From contig CAZJWE010000003.1 of NCBI GenBank assembly GCA_964549265.1, positions 1 to 58,871 on the forward strand: 58,871 nt of DNA, in the 5' to 3' direction. Below, in pieces: positions 44,610 to 54,846 of the stretch. The DNA comes from an uncultured Bacteroidales bacterium (GTDB taxonomy: Bacteria; Bacteroidota; Bacteroidia; Bacteroidales; JBBRXJ01). The notes beneath the pieces are model-generated. The model saw only the letters and a program-made list of their open reading frames with translations, was not told where the DNA came from and made no database searches. The position numbers and the translations under genes are program-made. Within the stretch, counting starts at the first letter, position 1; the number at the start of each line of letters is the position of its first letter.

Positions 44610-45929
44610 ATGGACCTATTTAAATGGTATAAAGAACAAGTCGAAAAAAACCAAAAAGATCTTCCTGGAGAAATATGGGATAGAATCGAGGAAGAATTAA
44701 ATGTGGAAGACGTATGGCAACGCATTGACAAAAGGTTAAACAAAGACCGGTTTTTACAGCGTAGCAAGCGAATGGTGTATTTAGCTGCAGCAAGCATTGC
44801 CATGCTTTTGATGGTCAGGGTATACCAATCTGTTTCATATACCGAAAATCCACAACATATAGCACTGAACGAATCAACAGGTGAACAAGATAAAAATAAC
44901 ATTTACTTAGAACCTGACAACTCTCAACCAACCAATAATAACAACAAGACTAATAACTCAAAAGAAAGCGTTCCCGGAAAGCAATCCCAAAACACATCCG
45001 AAAAACAACAAAAACAGGAACAAAACATACATAACAATGAACAGGGGCTTCAAACAATTGCAAGTAAAACGATTACTATAAAAGAAACATACCATAGAAA
45101 ACCGATAGAAAACATTCCAAATACAAACGAAACAATACAAAACGGAAGAAACAATACAGATATAACCAAAGAAAAGCCAGCTCTGCCAAAAGAACTTAAG
45201 AAAAAAAATTATCTGGCATCTAATGAAATCAATAACAAAATTGAAAATAGCGACATAAACCTTCACAGTCAATTAAATAACCCCGAAGATATTACCACAT
45301 CACGAAAAACAAAAAACCGGAATTACTATATTGGTTTTTTCAGCAAACTTCAAAACACATGGCTGCTTAATAACACAACAATAAAGGGGCTTAGAAGTGA
45401 CGAAATGACCAAGACAATACCTAATTTTTCAAACGATTTTGCATTTTATGCCGGAATAGACATTTCTAACACAATGTCTATCATGATAGAGGCTGATTTC
45501 AGACTACAAAACCAGCAAAAATATTATGAATATGTCAATGGTGATTATGTATCCAAAGAAATCCGTTTAAACTATAATGTATTAAGCGCACAGATGAAAT
45601 ATAATTTTTACCGTTTTTTCAATAGTAGTCAATTAAGGGCTAATCTTGTATTAGGCGGTTATGGCGGACTTCTTAAATACGGTCAATTAAAAGTAAAAGA
45701 CACTAAAAGAAATGTTGAAAACCAATACAACAAATACGATGTTGGTTTTATTATTGGATATGAGTTTGACATCCGTTTTTTTAACCGTATTGCCCTCATC
45801 CCTGGTGTCAGATATAAACAAGGACTCATCAACCTCTACCGGGGAGACGGAGTTATACCTGCATCGTTTAATAAAACCTATGCGACAACAATTGATTTTT
45901 ACTTAGGCATTAATTATATCATTCATTAA
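44610..45929 (+). CDS. Anti-sigma-like N-terminus + TM + Asn/Gln/Lys-rich linker + C-terminal outer-membrane beta-barrel (porin-family) domain
   Basis: 439 aa. The short cytoplasmic N-terminus is 'MDLFKWYKEQVEKNQKDLPGEIWDRIEEEL'. The TM helix is 'MVYLAAASIAMLLMV'. A low-complexity linker of about 200 aa follows. The last ~190 aa show a beta-barrel pattern ('YYIGFFSKLQNTWL...FAFYAGIDIS...VLGGYGGLLKY...YDVGFIIGYEFDIRF...TIDFYLGINYIIH'). Confidence 0.65.
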   Translation: MDLFKWYKEQVEKNQKDLPGEIWDRIEEELNVEDVWQRIDKRLNKDRFLQRSKRMVYLAAASIAMLLMVRVYQSVSYTENPQHIALNESTGEQDKNNIYLEPDNSQPTNNNNKTNNSKESVPGKQSQNTSEKQQKQEQNIHNNEQGLQTIASKTITIKETYHRKPIENIPNTNETIQNGRNNTDITKEKPALPKELKKKNYLASNEINNKIENSDINLHSQLNNPEDITTSRKTKNRNYYIGFFSKLQNTWLLNNTTIKGLRSDEMTKTIPNFSNDFAFYAGIDISNTMSIMIEADFRLQNQQKYYEYVNGDYVSKEIRLNYNVLSAQMKYNFYRFFNSSQLRANLVLGGYGGLLKYGQLKVKDTKRNVENQYNKYDVGFIIGYEFDIRFFNRIALIPGVRYKQGLINLYRGDGVIPASFNKTYATTIDFYLGINYIIH

Positions 45930-46147
45930 ATCAATTGCAAACACTTGCGTTTATAAAGCTCTATTTTTGAGTCCGTTGAAAATCTATTACAATAAGACAA
46001 GATTGAACACGGAAATTCAGTTCACCCCTAAATAGCTCAAAATCCAAAATAAATTCCACTTTTTTTGTTTTATTAACAACAAAATGTAATTCTGCATCCC
46101 ACTGTTATAAAGAAATTACTATTTTCGCAGTTTAAAATTAAGAAAAC

Positions 46148-48913
46148 ATGGAATACCACTTTAAAGAGATAGAACCAAAATGGCAGAAATATTGGGAAGA
46201 ACATCAAATATATAAAGTAGACATTGACCCGCAAAGGCCCAAATACTATGTATTGGATATGTTCCCTTACCCGTCCGGAGCAGGTTTACATGTAGGACAT
46301 CCATTAGGATATATAGCTTCTGATATATATGCCAGGTATAAAAAGATGAAGGGGTTTAATGTACTACACCCTATGGGATTTGATGCATATGGTCTCCCGG
46401 CAGAACAATATGCTATTAAAACAGGTCAACATCCGAGGGTTACAACAGAAAACAATATCAAGCGATACAAAGAACAGCTCAACAAACTCGGTTTTTCATT
46501 TGATTGGGACAGAGAAGTAAAAACCTGTGATCCGGACTATTATAAATGGACTCAATGGGTATTCATTCAACTGTTCAATCATTGGTACAATAAAAATACT
46601 GATAAAGCAGAACCTATTGAGACATTAACACGTCATTTTGAACAAAACGGAAATCACACTATTGAAGCTGTTGCAAGTGAAAATGTGCCTTCATTTACGG
46701 CAACAGAATGGAATGCAATGCAGGAAGAAGAACAACAAGCAATCCTTTTATATTACCGACTGGCTTACCTTTCTGACAGCACGGTAAATTGGTGTCCTGA
46801 ACTGGGAACCGTTCTTGCAAATGACGAAGTAAAAGACGGAACTTCTGTAAGAGGAGGACACCCTGTAGAACAAAAAACAATGAAACAATGGTCACTGAGA
46901 GTTACTGCTTATGCTGAAAGATTGTTAAAAGGATTGGAAAAGGTAGAATGGAGCGAATCTCTTAAAGAAATACAACGAAACTGGATTGGGCGGTCTGAAG
47001 GTGCTGAAATGATATTTAACATAAAAGGACATTCAGAGCAAATAACCATTTTCACAACCCGCCCGGACACCATTTTCGGTGCAACATTCATGGTATTAGC
47101 ACCTGAAAATGAAATGATAGAGCAAATTACAACACCCGAAAATCAAACATTTGTAAAAGAATATATAAATAAAACCCTGAGTCGTTCAGAACGCGAAAGA
47201 ATATCAGAAACACGCAAAGTAACCGGTGTATTTACAGGTGCATATGCAGAACACCCTTTCACCCAAGACCCCATCCCAATATGGGTCAGTGAATATGTAT
47301 TGACGGGCTACGGAACAGGTGCGATTATGGCTGTTCCAGCACATGATCAACGGGATTATGATTTTGCTAAACATTTTGACCTGCCAATTGTGCAAGTGAT
47401 TGAAGGAGGTGACATCTCCGAAAAAGCATTTGACAGTAAAGGAGGAACAGTAATCAATTCGGACATGATAAGTGGCCTTAAAGTACCCGATGCTATTGAT
47501 AAAATAATCAATGAAATTGAAAAAAGAAAAATCGGCAAAAAAACAGTCAATTATAAACTGCGTGATGCTATATTTAGCAGACAGCGATACTGGGGGGAAC
47601 CATTTCCGATTTATTTTAAACACGAGATGCCCTATCCTTTAGAAGATAATGACTTACCGTTAACATTGCCGGAAGTTGATTCATATCTTCCAACAGAAAC
47701 CGGTAAGCCACCCCTTGCAAGGGCAAAAAACTGGAAAACATCCGAAGGATATCCACTGGAAATACATACGATGCCCGGCTTTGCAGGTTCCTCTGCATAT
47801 TATATAAGATACATGGACCCGCACAATGATCAGGCCATTGTATCAAAAAAAGCCAATGAATACTGGAGGAATGTAGACCTTTACGTGGGTGGGACAGAAC
47901 ACGCTACCGGCCATCTCATCTACTCGAGATTCTGGAATAAATTTCTGTATGACATGGGAATAGTTTGTGAACCTGAGCCATTCAAAAAACTAATTAACCA
48001 GGGAATGATTCAGGGGCGATCTAATTTTGTTTACAGAATCAAAAACACAAATACATTTGTTTCACTCAATTTAAAAAGTCAATATGATGTTACTCCAATT
48101 CATGTGGATGTGAATATTGTAAACAATGATATACTCGACATTAACGCATTCAAACAAAGCAGCCCGGAATACCTGGGTGCCGAATTTATTTTAGAAGACG
48201 GATTGTACATATGCGGACATGGAGTGGAAAAAATGTCAAAATCATTATTCAATGTTGTCAATCCCGATGATATTGTATCTACTTATGGTGCTGATACGCT
48301 TCGATTATATGAAATGTTTCTCGGTCCGGTTGAACAATCAAAACCCTGGTCAACTAAAGGAATTGATGGAGTTTACAGATTTCTGAAAAAATACTGGAGA
48401 CTGTTTTTCAACGAAAAAGGAACATTTGATATATCAGAAGAGGAACCAGACAAAGAAGAAATGAAAATTTTGCATCAAACCATCAAAAAGGTAAAAGAAG
48501 AAATTGAAAAATTCTCATTCAACACTGCCATTAGTTCATTTATGATATGTGTAAATCAATTAACAGACTTAAAATGCAAAAAAAGAAAAATATTAAATGA
48601 TTTAACCCTTTGCCTGGCACCTTTTGCACCGCATATTACCGAAGAAATTTGGCATAAGATGAGAAATCAAGAAAGCATCACAAAACAATATTTTCCGGAA
48701 TTTGAAGAAACCATTGTAAAAGAAAAAACCTTTACATGCCCGGTATCATTCAATGGAAAGGTCCGATTTCAAAAGGAATTTACGGTTGACGCTTCAAAAG
48801 AAGAAATTGAGACGGCTGTATTAGAAGATCCCGCATCAGAAAAGTGGTTGCAAAATAAAAAACCCAAAAAAGTAATCGTAGTGCCCAATAAAATTGTTAA
48901 TATTGTTGTTTAA
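46148..48913 (+). CDS. leuS: Leucine--tRNA ligase
   Basis: 921 aa. The HIGH motif is '[14 protein letters not shown]' and the 'KMSKS' motif is present. The LeuRS CP1 editing insert and a C-terminal domain are present. Confidence 0.97.
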   Translation: MEYHFKEIEPKWQKYWEEHQIYKVDIDPQRPKYYVLDMFPYPSGAGLHVGHPLGYIASDIYARYKKMKGFNVLHPMGFDAYGLPAEQYAIKTGQHPRVTTENNIKRYKEQLNKLGFSFDWDREVKTCDPDYYKWTQWVFIQLFNHWYNKNTDKAEPIETLTRHFEQNGNHTIEAVASENVPSFTATEWNAMQEEEQQAILLYYRLAYLSDSTVNWCPELGTVLANDEVKDGTSVRGGHPVEQKTMKQWSLRVTAYAERLLKGLEKVEWSESLKEIQRNWIGRSEGAEMIFNIKGHSEQITIFTTRPDTIFGATFMVLAPENEMIEQITTPENQTFVKEYINKTLSRSERERISETRKVTGVFTGAYAEHPFTQDPIPIWVSEYVLTGYGTGAIMAVPAHDQRDYDFAKHFDLPIVQVIEGGDISEKAFDSKGGTVINSDMISGLKVPDAIDKIINEIEKRKIGKKTVNYKLRDAIFSRQRYWGEPFPIYFKHEMPYPLEDNDLPLTLPEVDSYLPTETGKPPLARAKNWKTSEGYPLEIHTMPGFAGSSAYYIRYMDPHNDQAIVSKKANEYWRNVDLYVGGTEHATGHLIYSRFWNKFLYDMGIVCEPEPFKKLINQGMIQGRSNFVYRIKNTNTFVSLNLKSQYDVTPIHVDVNIVNNDILDINAFKQSSPEYLGAEFILEDGLYICGHGVEKMSKSLFNVVNPDDIVSTYGADTLRLYEMFLGPVEQSKPWSTKGIDGVYRFLKKYWRLFFNEKGTFDISEEEPDKEEMKILHQTIKKVKEEIEKFSFNTAISSFMICVNQLTDLKCKKRKILNDLTLCLAPFAPHITEEIWHKMRNQESITKQYFPEFEETIVKEKTFTCPVSFNGKVRFQKEFTVDASKEEIETAVLEDPASEKWLQNKKPKKVIVVPNKIVNIVV

Positions 48914-49104
48914 TAGATATATAAAGGGATGCAGATAACTTATTCTTTTTTATTCAATATTTTTTTAAAAAAATATTGTAAATCAGTTGTTTATTTAAAT
49001 AAAATTTTTATAAATTTGATTTTGAACAATATAGAGAAATGACTTTAATAACATTTTTATAGTCAATAATTTATTCTGTATTCAGAATTTAAAAGCAGGG
49101 AATA

Positions 49105-50415
49105 ATGAAAAAAGAGATTATATTTATAGCCTTTCTAAGCACTATATTATTGGGTAGCATTACCTTGATTCATCGGCAAATTGTCAACAATTTAAGTCAA
49201 ACTGAATGCATTGACAGCCAAAACAAAGATCAGCAGGACAAAACAGAACAAACTGTATATAAAGAATATGGCATTGTTGTTGATTCATTCGATGTGGTTT
49301 GTTGTAAATTCAAACGGAATGAAAATTTAGCTTCTATTTTAACAGAAAAAGGTGTATCTGTCGACCAGATCAGGCATATCGCCTCAACTCCCAAAGAAGT
49401 ATTTAACATACGAAAAATCAGGGCAGGTAACACGTATAAATTATTTATGGATAAAGATAGTTGCAATACATTAAGATATTTTGTATATGAGCACAATCCG
49501 GCAGATTATGTATTAATCCATTTTCAAGATTCTGTTCATATTGAAAAAAAGAGAAAAGATATTGATACTGTCAAAAAATCCACCTACGGCATTATTGAGA
49601 GTTCTTTATGGGAGACTTTGGTATCAAATAAAATAAATCCCCAACTTGCTATTGAATTATCTGAAATATATGCCTGGACCATTGATTTTTTCCGGATCAC
49701 AGAAGGCGACAACTTCAAAGTGATTTATGAAGAAGAATTTGTAGATACTATTTCACTGGGAATATCAAAAATTGAAGCAGCAAGTTTCCAACATGCAGGG
49801 GAAACATATTATGCCATCCCATTTATCCAGGACAGTGCATTAAGTTATTATGACTCTGCCGGAAATAGCTTAAAACGTGAATTTTTAAAATCACCTTTAC
49901 ATTATAAATATATTAGTTCCGGTTATTCGAACAGCAGATTTCATCCTGTTTTAAAAATATGGAGGCCACACCGTGGCATTGATTATGCAGCAGCTTATGG
50001 CACACCGGTTCGTTCGGTTGGAGATGGTACAGTGATCCTGGCAGCATATAGCAGAGGAGCAGGAAGATATATCAAAATTAGGCACAACAGTGTGTATACT
50101 ACAGCCTATTTACATCTTAGTCGTTTTAACAAAGGAATCTATAAAGGCGCCAGGGTAAAACAGGGTACAATAATAGGATACGTGGGAAGTACAGGATTAT
50201 CTACAGGCCCGCATCTCGATTTCAGATTTTGGAAAAACGGTTACCCTGTAAACCCATTACATGTAAAAGCTCCTCCTGTTGAACCAATCAAGCCTGAAAA
50301 CAAATATGCATACGATTCTGTCAGGCATAAAATAATTGATAAATTAGCTCAAATTAAAGCACCACAAGAGGATGACTCTCCTCAACAACAATATCAGGCA
50401 TTTAAATATGAATGA
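49105..50415 (+). CDS. M23 (LytM) family peptidoglycan metallopeptidase-like protein
   Basis: 436 aa with an N-terminal anchor. The C-terminal M23 domain has 'HRGIDYAAAYGTPV' (HxxxD). The second metal motif reads 'GPHLDFRF', not the canonical HxH. Confidence 0.8.
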   Translation: MKKEIIFIAFLSTILLGSITLIHRQIVNNLSQTECIDSQNKDQQDKTEQTVYKEYGIVVDSFDVVCCKFKRNENLASILTEKGVSVDQIRHIASTPKEVFNIRKIRAGNTYKLFMDKDSCNTLRYFVYEHNPADYVLIHFQDSVHIEKKRKDIDTVKKSTYGIIESSLWETLVSNKINPQLAIELSEIYAWTIDFFRITEGDNFKVIYEEEFVDTISLGISKIEAASFQHAGETYYAIPFIQDSALSYYDSAGNSLKREFLKSPLHYKYISSGYSNSRFHPVLKIWRPHRGIDYAAAYGTPVRSVGDGTVILAAYSRGAGRYIKIRHNSVYTTAYLHLSRFNKGIYKGARVKQGTIIGYVGSTGLSTGPHLDFRFWKNGYPVNPLHVKAPPVEPIKPENKYAYDSVRHKIIDKLAQIKAPQEDDSPQQQYQAFKYE

Positions 50416-50449
50416 TCGTGAGCACTTGTTTTTCATATGTTTTTTTATT

Positions 50450-50457
50450 TAATTTTG
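50450..50457 (+). promoter_or_regulatory. Bacteroidota -7 box candidate (TAatTTTG) upstream of the 50509 lipoprotein gene
   Basis: The motif was read at 50450-50457, 51 nt before the ATG. Confidence 0.3.
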
Positions 50458-50508
50458 TATCAGATTTGAATAACAATTAATGATTTTAAAACATTATAAC
50501 AATAAAAA

Positions 50509-51507
50509 ATGAAAAACATTATTTCATATTTTTTTATCATCGGTTTACTGTTTACACATTGCAAAAACCAACTAGATACCGAATCTTATCTGCCAGACAT
50601 TACGGGTAATTTAGGCGAGGTATTGGTCATTACACCCAAAAGCAAATGGGATGCTGAAATAGGTGATTCATTAAGGGCTTTGCTTAAACAACCTGTCAGA
50701 GCACTTCCCCAAACAGAAGAAATGTTTGATGTAATCAGAATGCCGCCTACTGATTTCAATAAAGCATTAAAGCACCACAGAAGCATCATCATTGTCAGAT
50801 CTTCATCTACCTATGAAAAACCTGCATTCAACATTGAAAAAAATTTATGGGCAGACCCCCAAATAGTCATAAAAATATTTGCCCCCAATGATGCACAAAT
50901 AAAAAACATCATTAAAGAACAAGGAAATAAAATTGTTGAAGCCATCAAAATGAAAGAGATGCAACGGTTAAAACAGGCGCATAAAGCAAGGGCGAATCAA
51001 GAAGGCATGAGAAAATTAAAGAACAAACATCATGTGCAATTAATGTTGCCCTCAGGATATAATATAGCTAAAGACACCAACAATTTTGTTTGGATTGCCC
51101 ATGAAACCGGCCTTACCAGCAGGGGTGTTTTTGTATATTACTACCCTTACAAAGACTCCAATACATTCACTAAAGAATTTTTAATCAATAAAAGAAATCA
51201 ATATTTAAAGAAATATGTTCCCGGCCCTTCCAAAGGTTCTTATATGTCTACCGATACAAACTACCCTGCAATCTTTGAAGAATTTGGAATGGATAGACGT
51301 TATTCAGTAGAATTAAAAGGGTTATGGAATTTAAGAGGTGGTGGATTTATGGGCGGTCCGTTTGTCAGCTTTACCACATTAGATAAAAAAAGAAACCGGG
51401 TAGTAACAGTAGAAGGTTTTGTGTATGCACCGGCTGATGACAAAAGGAATTTGGTATGGGAAATTGAATCCATCCTCTATACCTTTAAACTACCGAAAAA
51501 CAAATAA
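50509..51507 (+). CDS. Hypothetical lipoprotein (resembles the Bacteroidota DUF4837-type family)
   Basis: 332 aa. The signal peptide ends 'LLFTHC'. The family assignment is from memory of length and pattern only. Confidence 0.45.
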   Translation: MKNIISYFFIIGLLFTHCKNQLDTESYLPDITGNLGEVLVITPKSKWDAEIGDSLRALLKQPVRALPQTEEMFDVIRMPPTDFNKALKHHRSIIIVRSSSTYEKPAFNIEKNLWADPQIVIKIFAPNDAQIKNIIKEQGNKIVEAIKMKEMQRLKQAHKARANQEGMRKLKNKHHVQLMLPSGYNIAKDTNNFVWIAHETGLTSRGVFVYYYPYKDSNTFTKEFLINKRNQYLKKYVPGPSKGSYMSTDTNYPAIFEEFGMDRRYSVELKGLWNLRGGGFMGGPFVSFTTLDKKRNRVVTVEGFVYAPADDKRNLVWEIESILYTFKLPKNK

Positions 51508-51533
51508 AATTCGATCGTTAAAAAGTAAAGCAA

Positions 51534-52766
51534 CTATAAATCATGAATGATCTGATTTTTAATTAAATCATCAAAAGATTCCCTTTTGGTTATCAGGTAG
51601 TCTTTGCCTTCATGGATCATGACTTCTGCAGGACGATACCGTGAATTATAATTTGATGACATGACAAAACAATAAGCTCCTGCATTTTTAAAGGCCAGAT
51701 AATCCCCTTCAAAAATTTCCGGAATTTTCCGGTTATAACCAAATGTATCCGTTTCACATATATATCCTACAATAGTGTATATCCTTGGCCTGTTAAAAGG
51801 ATGCGAAATATTTATTATTTCATGATAAGCATCATAAAACATAGGCCGGATCAAATGATTTAACCCGGTATCCAAACCCGCAAAAACAGTAGAGGTGGTT
51901 TGTTTGACAACATTTACTTTTGCAATAAAATATCCGGAATCCGAAACCAAAAATTTTCCGGGTTCAAATAATAATGTAAGATCTTTGCCATATTCTTTGC
52001 AAAATTGCTTGAAACGCTTTGAAATTTTTTTTCCAAAATCTTCAATATTTGTTTCAATATCACCTGATTTATAACTTACTTTAAAACCACTGCCGAAATC
52101 AATATAATCCAAATCCTGAAATTCCTTTGCTGTGTTGAGTAATATTTCCGCACCTTTCAAAAAAACTTCAGAATCAAGGATGTCTGATCCTGTATGCATA
52201 TGAATGCCTTCTAATCGTATATTATTTGCAGAGATGACTCTCTGTAAATGAGGCATTTGATGAATTGAAATACCAAATTTTGAATCAATATGCCCAACTG
52301 AAATCTTTGTATGCCCCCCAGCCATAATATGAGGATTGACACGGATACCAACAGGAACCTTGTTTCCGTATTTATGGCCAAACTGCTCTAAAATAGAGAT
52401 ATTATCAAAATTTATTTTAACACCCGCTTCAATAGCCTGGTCATACTCATCCATTGAAACACAATTCGGGGTATAAATAATATCGTGTGGTTTAAAACCT
52501 GCTTTTAATGCAAGATACACTTCCTGGATAGAAACAGTATCAATACCTGCTCCAAGACGATTGAAAAATTTTAAGATATTGATATTTGTCAATGCTTTAC
52601 ATGCATAATGCAAACGTAAATTTACATGATGAAATGCATTGTGAATCCTGTCATACTGGGATTTCATTTTTTCCGTATCATAAATATATAACGGACTGCC
52701 ATACTTTTTACACAAGTCTGTTACTTTTTGGTCTCCAATAAAATAGTGTCTATTAATTAATTCCAT
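51534..52766 (-). CDS. lysA: Diaminopimelate decarboxylase
   Basis: The PLP-lysine block 'HYACKALTN' is present, as are 'EPGKFLVSDSG', 'GYICETDTF' and 'YNSRYRPAEVMI'. The ORF is open to 52859, but those 31 extra codons run into an intergenic repeat. I therefore take the start at 52766 ('MELINRH'). Confidence 0.9.
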   Translation of the reverse strand: MELINRHYFIGDQKVTDLCKKYGSPLYIYDTEKMKSQYDRIHNAFHHVNLRLHYACKALTNINILKFFNRLGAGIDTVSIQEVYLALKAGFKPHDIIYTPNCVSMDEYDQAIEAGVKINFDNISILEQFGHKYGNKVPVGIRVNPHIMAGGHTKISVGHIDSKFGISIHQMPHLQRVISANNIRLEGIHMHTGSDILDSEVFLKGAEILLNTAKEFQDLDYIDFGSGFKVSYKSGDIETNIEDFGKKISKRFKQFCKEYGKDLTLLFEPGKFLVSDSGYFIAKVNVVKQTTSTVFAGLDTGLNHLIRPMFYDAYHEIINISHPFNRPRIYTIVGYICETDTFGYNRKIPEIFEGDYLAFKNAGAYCFVMSSNYNSRYRPAEVMIHEGKDYLITKRESFDDLIKNQIIHDL

Positions 52767-52824
52767 AATTTTAAATTTTGGATGCAAATATAATAACATA
52801 CATATTACAATCATAATAAAAAAT

Positions 52825-52890
52825 GGCTCTATTCTATAAATGGTTGATAAATTTAACAAATTTGAATTTAGATTTTGAACTTAAACCAAG
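52825..52890 (+). repeat. Intergenic repeat family B, copy 2
   Basis: The sequence is 'ggctctattctataaatggttgataaatttaacaaatttgaatttagattttgaac'. It lies just upstream of lysA. Confidence 0.75.
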
Positions 52891-52972
52891 GATAACTTAA
52901 AAACATAGAATAATTTAAGCAACTATTGCGATAAAGCAAGCATTTATTTTCGGATTTTATTATTAAAAATAT

Positions 52973-53002
52973 TTTGTTTTTTGGGGTATTTATTTATCTT
53001 TG
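52973..53002 (+). promoter_or_regulatory. Bacteroidota-type promoter candidate for gap (-33 TTTG, -7 TAtcTTTG)
   Basis: TTTG lies at 52973-52976 and TATCTTTG at 52995-53002, an 18-nt spacer. The -7 box ends 64 nt upstream of the ATG. Confidence 0.45.
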
Positions 53003-53065
53003 CATTCCTCTTGTACCTAATTTGTAAACATTTATAATTCAATAACAAATAAAAAAAAGGAAATT

Positions 53066-54073
53066 ATGGCAAACGTAAAAGTAGCTATCAATGGTTTTGG
53101 AAGAATTGGCCGCAATGTATTTAAAATTGCATTAGAAAGGTCAAATATTGATGTTGTCGGCATTAACGACATCACTAGTAATAATGTACTGGCGCATTTA
53201 TTAAAATATGATTCAGCGCAAGGTAAATTCCCTGGTGAAGTAGGCTATGACGACAACGGATTGATCGTTAATGGCAAAAAAATCAAAGTAAGTGCAGAAC
53301 GCAACCCGGCTAATATTCCCTGGGCCGAGACACCAGACGTAGTCATCGAATCAACCGGTGTATTCAGATCTAAAGAAAGTGAAAAAGGCGGTTATGGCGA
53401 CCACTTAAAAAATGGTGCCAAAAAAGTAATTCTTACTGTACCTGCAAAAGATCAAATAGACAACATGATCGTTTTAGGTGTAAACGATGATGCTTTAAAA
53501 CCAGAAGATCAGTGTGTTTCAAACGCTTCATGCACAACAAACTGTTTAGCTCCTGTAGCTAAAGTATTGCACGAAGAGTTTGGTATTGTTGACGGGTTGA
53601 TGACAACAATCCACTCATATACAGCTGATCAGGTGATACAAGATGCTCCTCACAGCGACTTAAGAAGAGCCCGTGCTGGTGCTTTCTCACAAGTACCCAC
53701 TACCACAGGTGCTGCCAAAGCTGTTGGCAAAGTAATCCCTGCTTTGAATGGTAAATTGAATGGCCTGGCTGTTCGCGTACCTACTATCACAGGTTCTTTG
53801 GTTGACTTAACAGTGAATCTTGAAAAAGATGTTACTGCTGACGAAATCAATGCAGCAGTAAAAAAATATGCTGATGGCCCTATGAAAGGTATTTTAGCAT
53901 ATACTGAAGACCCAATCGTTTCTGTAGACATTATCCATGATGAACATTCATCTATTTTTGATGCCCTAAGTACCATGGTTATCAATGGAAAAACTGTAAA
54001 AGTTCTTTCATGGTATGACAATGAATGGGGTTATTCTGCAAGAGTTGTTGACTTGGCCGGAAAGATCGTATAA
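53066..54073 (+). CDS. gap: Glyceraldehyde-3-phosphate dehydrogenase (type I)
   Basis: 335 aa. 'INGFGRIGR', the active site 'SNASCTTNCLAP' and 'WYDNEWGYS' are present. Confidence 0.97.
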   Translation: MANVKVAINGFGRIGRNVFKIALERSNIDVVGINDITSNNVLAHLLKYDSAQGKFPGEVGYDDNGLIVNGKKIKVSAERNPANIPWAETPDVVIESTGVFRSKESEKGGYGDHLKNGAKKVILTVPAKDQIDNMIVLGVNDDALKPEDQCVSNASCTTNCLAPVAKVLHEEFGIVDGLMTTIHSYTADQVIQDAPHSDLRRARAGAFSQVPTTTGAAKAVGKVIPALNGKLNGLAVRVPTITGSLVDLTVNLEKDVTADEINAAVKKYADGPMKGILAYTEDPIVSVDIIHDEHSSIFDALSTMVINGKTVKVLSWYDNEWGYSARVVDLAGKIV

Positions 54074-54092
54074 ATATTATATAAATTGAAAT

Positions 54093-54131
54093 AAAAAAAA
54101 GCCTGCTATCAAAATTTAGCGGGCTTTTTTT
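54093..54131 (+). terminator. Rho-independent terminator of gap
   Basis: The sequence is 'aaaaaaaagcctgctatcaaaatttagcgggcttttttt'. It forms a 7-bp stem with one G-U pair, flanked by an A-tract and a T-tract. Confidence 0.75.
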
Positions 54132-54184
54132 ATTATTGTGGCAACCGTTCTGCTTTATAAAACCCTTAGAGGAAGCACACCTGT

Positions 54185-54597
54185 TCAAACATTTTTATGA
54201 TTACAGCCATTAAAAAACTGAAATATTTGATAATCAGACTTAATTGTAAGTTTTATTTTTTTATCCAACAATATATGGTCATCTTTAGTATCAGGAAGAT
54301 CAAGTTCTTCGAGAACTTCATAAATGGTATTATCCTTTATTCTGGTAACAATCCATTTTTTTATCGTCTATACGGTCACTAAACAGTTTAAAATCGCCCC
54401 CCTGTTATCAACACCAATAGTATCTTCTTTATATGTAGAATCATTAAAACGTGCAATGTAAGAAAATATAAAAAACCATATACTCCTGCCGAAATATTAA
54501 GGGATATACGAGAATCAGAAGAGATAATAAATATGATAAGCAGTATGTCTAATAAGTGTCTGTCCATAAACTCAAGTGTTTGGATCATAATGTTCAA
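54185..54597 (-). pseudogene. Possible frameshifted small membrane-protein gene (three frame segments joined at G6 and A7 homopolymers)
   Basis: The 69-aa ORF 54388..54597 ends right after 'ITGG' at a GGGGGG run. The reading continues as 'DFKLFSDRIDDKK' in a second frame. After an AAAAAAA run it continues as 'WIVTRIKDNTIYEVLEELDLPDTKDDHILLDKKIKLTIKSDYQIFQFFNGCNHKNV*' in a third frame. I recognise no family. Confidence 0.3.
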
Positions 54598-54613
54598 TAA
54601 CGAGGCTTGCGCA

Positions 54614-54695
54614 GCTCCAAAAAGCGCAGTTTACTGAAGTAAATGAGCAATTTTGGGTCAAGCGTAACGAAGTTAGCAGACATGATGGATAAACA
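54614..54695 (+). repeat. Intergenic repeat family E, copy 2
   Basis: The sequence is 'ctccaaaaagcgcagtttactgaagtaaatgagcaattttgggtcaagcgtaacgaagttagcagacatgatggataaacac'. Confidence 0.7.
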
Positions 54696-54721
54696 CTAAT
54701 AAGTCAACAGGTAAAAATAAA

Positions 54722-54832
54722 AGTTAATCATGCAGCACCAACAGTTATGAGCTTTGAACTTTGGATTTTCTATAGTGATTCTGAAAAACACATTTTTTTT
54801 TAAATTCATCAACCATGTATTAGAATAGAGCC
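54722..54832 (-). repeat. Intergenic repeat family B, copy 3 (inverted orientation)
   Basis: The + strand reads 'gttaatcatgcagcaccaacagtt...ctatagtgattc...catcaaccatgtattagaatagagcc'. This is the reverse complement of the copy 4 layout. Confidence 0.8.
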
Positions 54833-54846
54833 TTCACCATTAATAA

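Noticed and set aside
52767-52859. A 31-codon N-terminal extension of lysA ('MLNLSTIYRIEPFFIMIVICMLLYLHPKFKI').
   Set aside because: The extension runs into and partly translates an intergenic family B repeat (52825-52890). It has no counterpart in diaminopimelate decarboxylases. The ATG at 52766 gives a normal-length protein.
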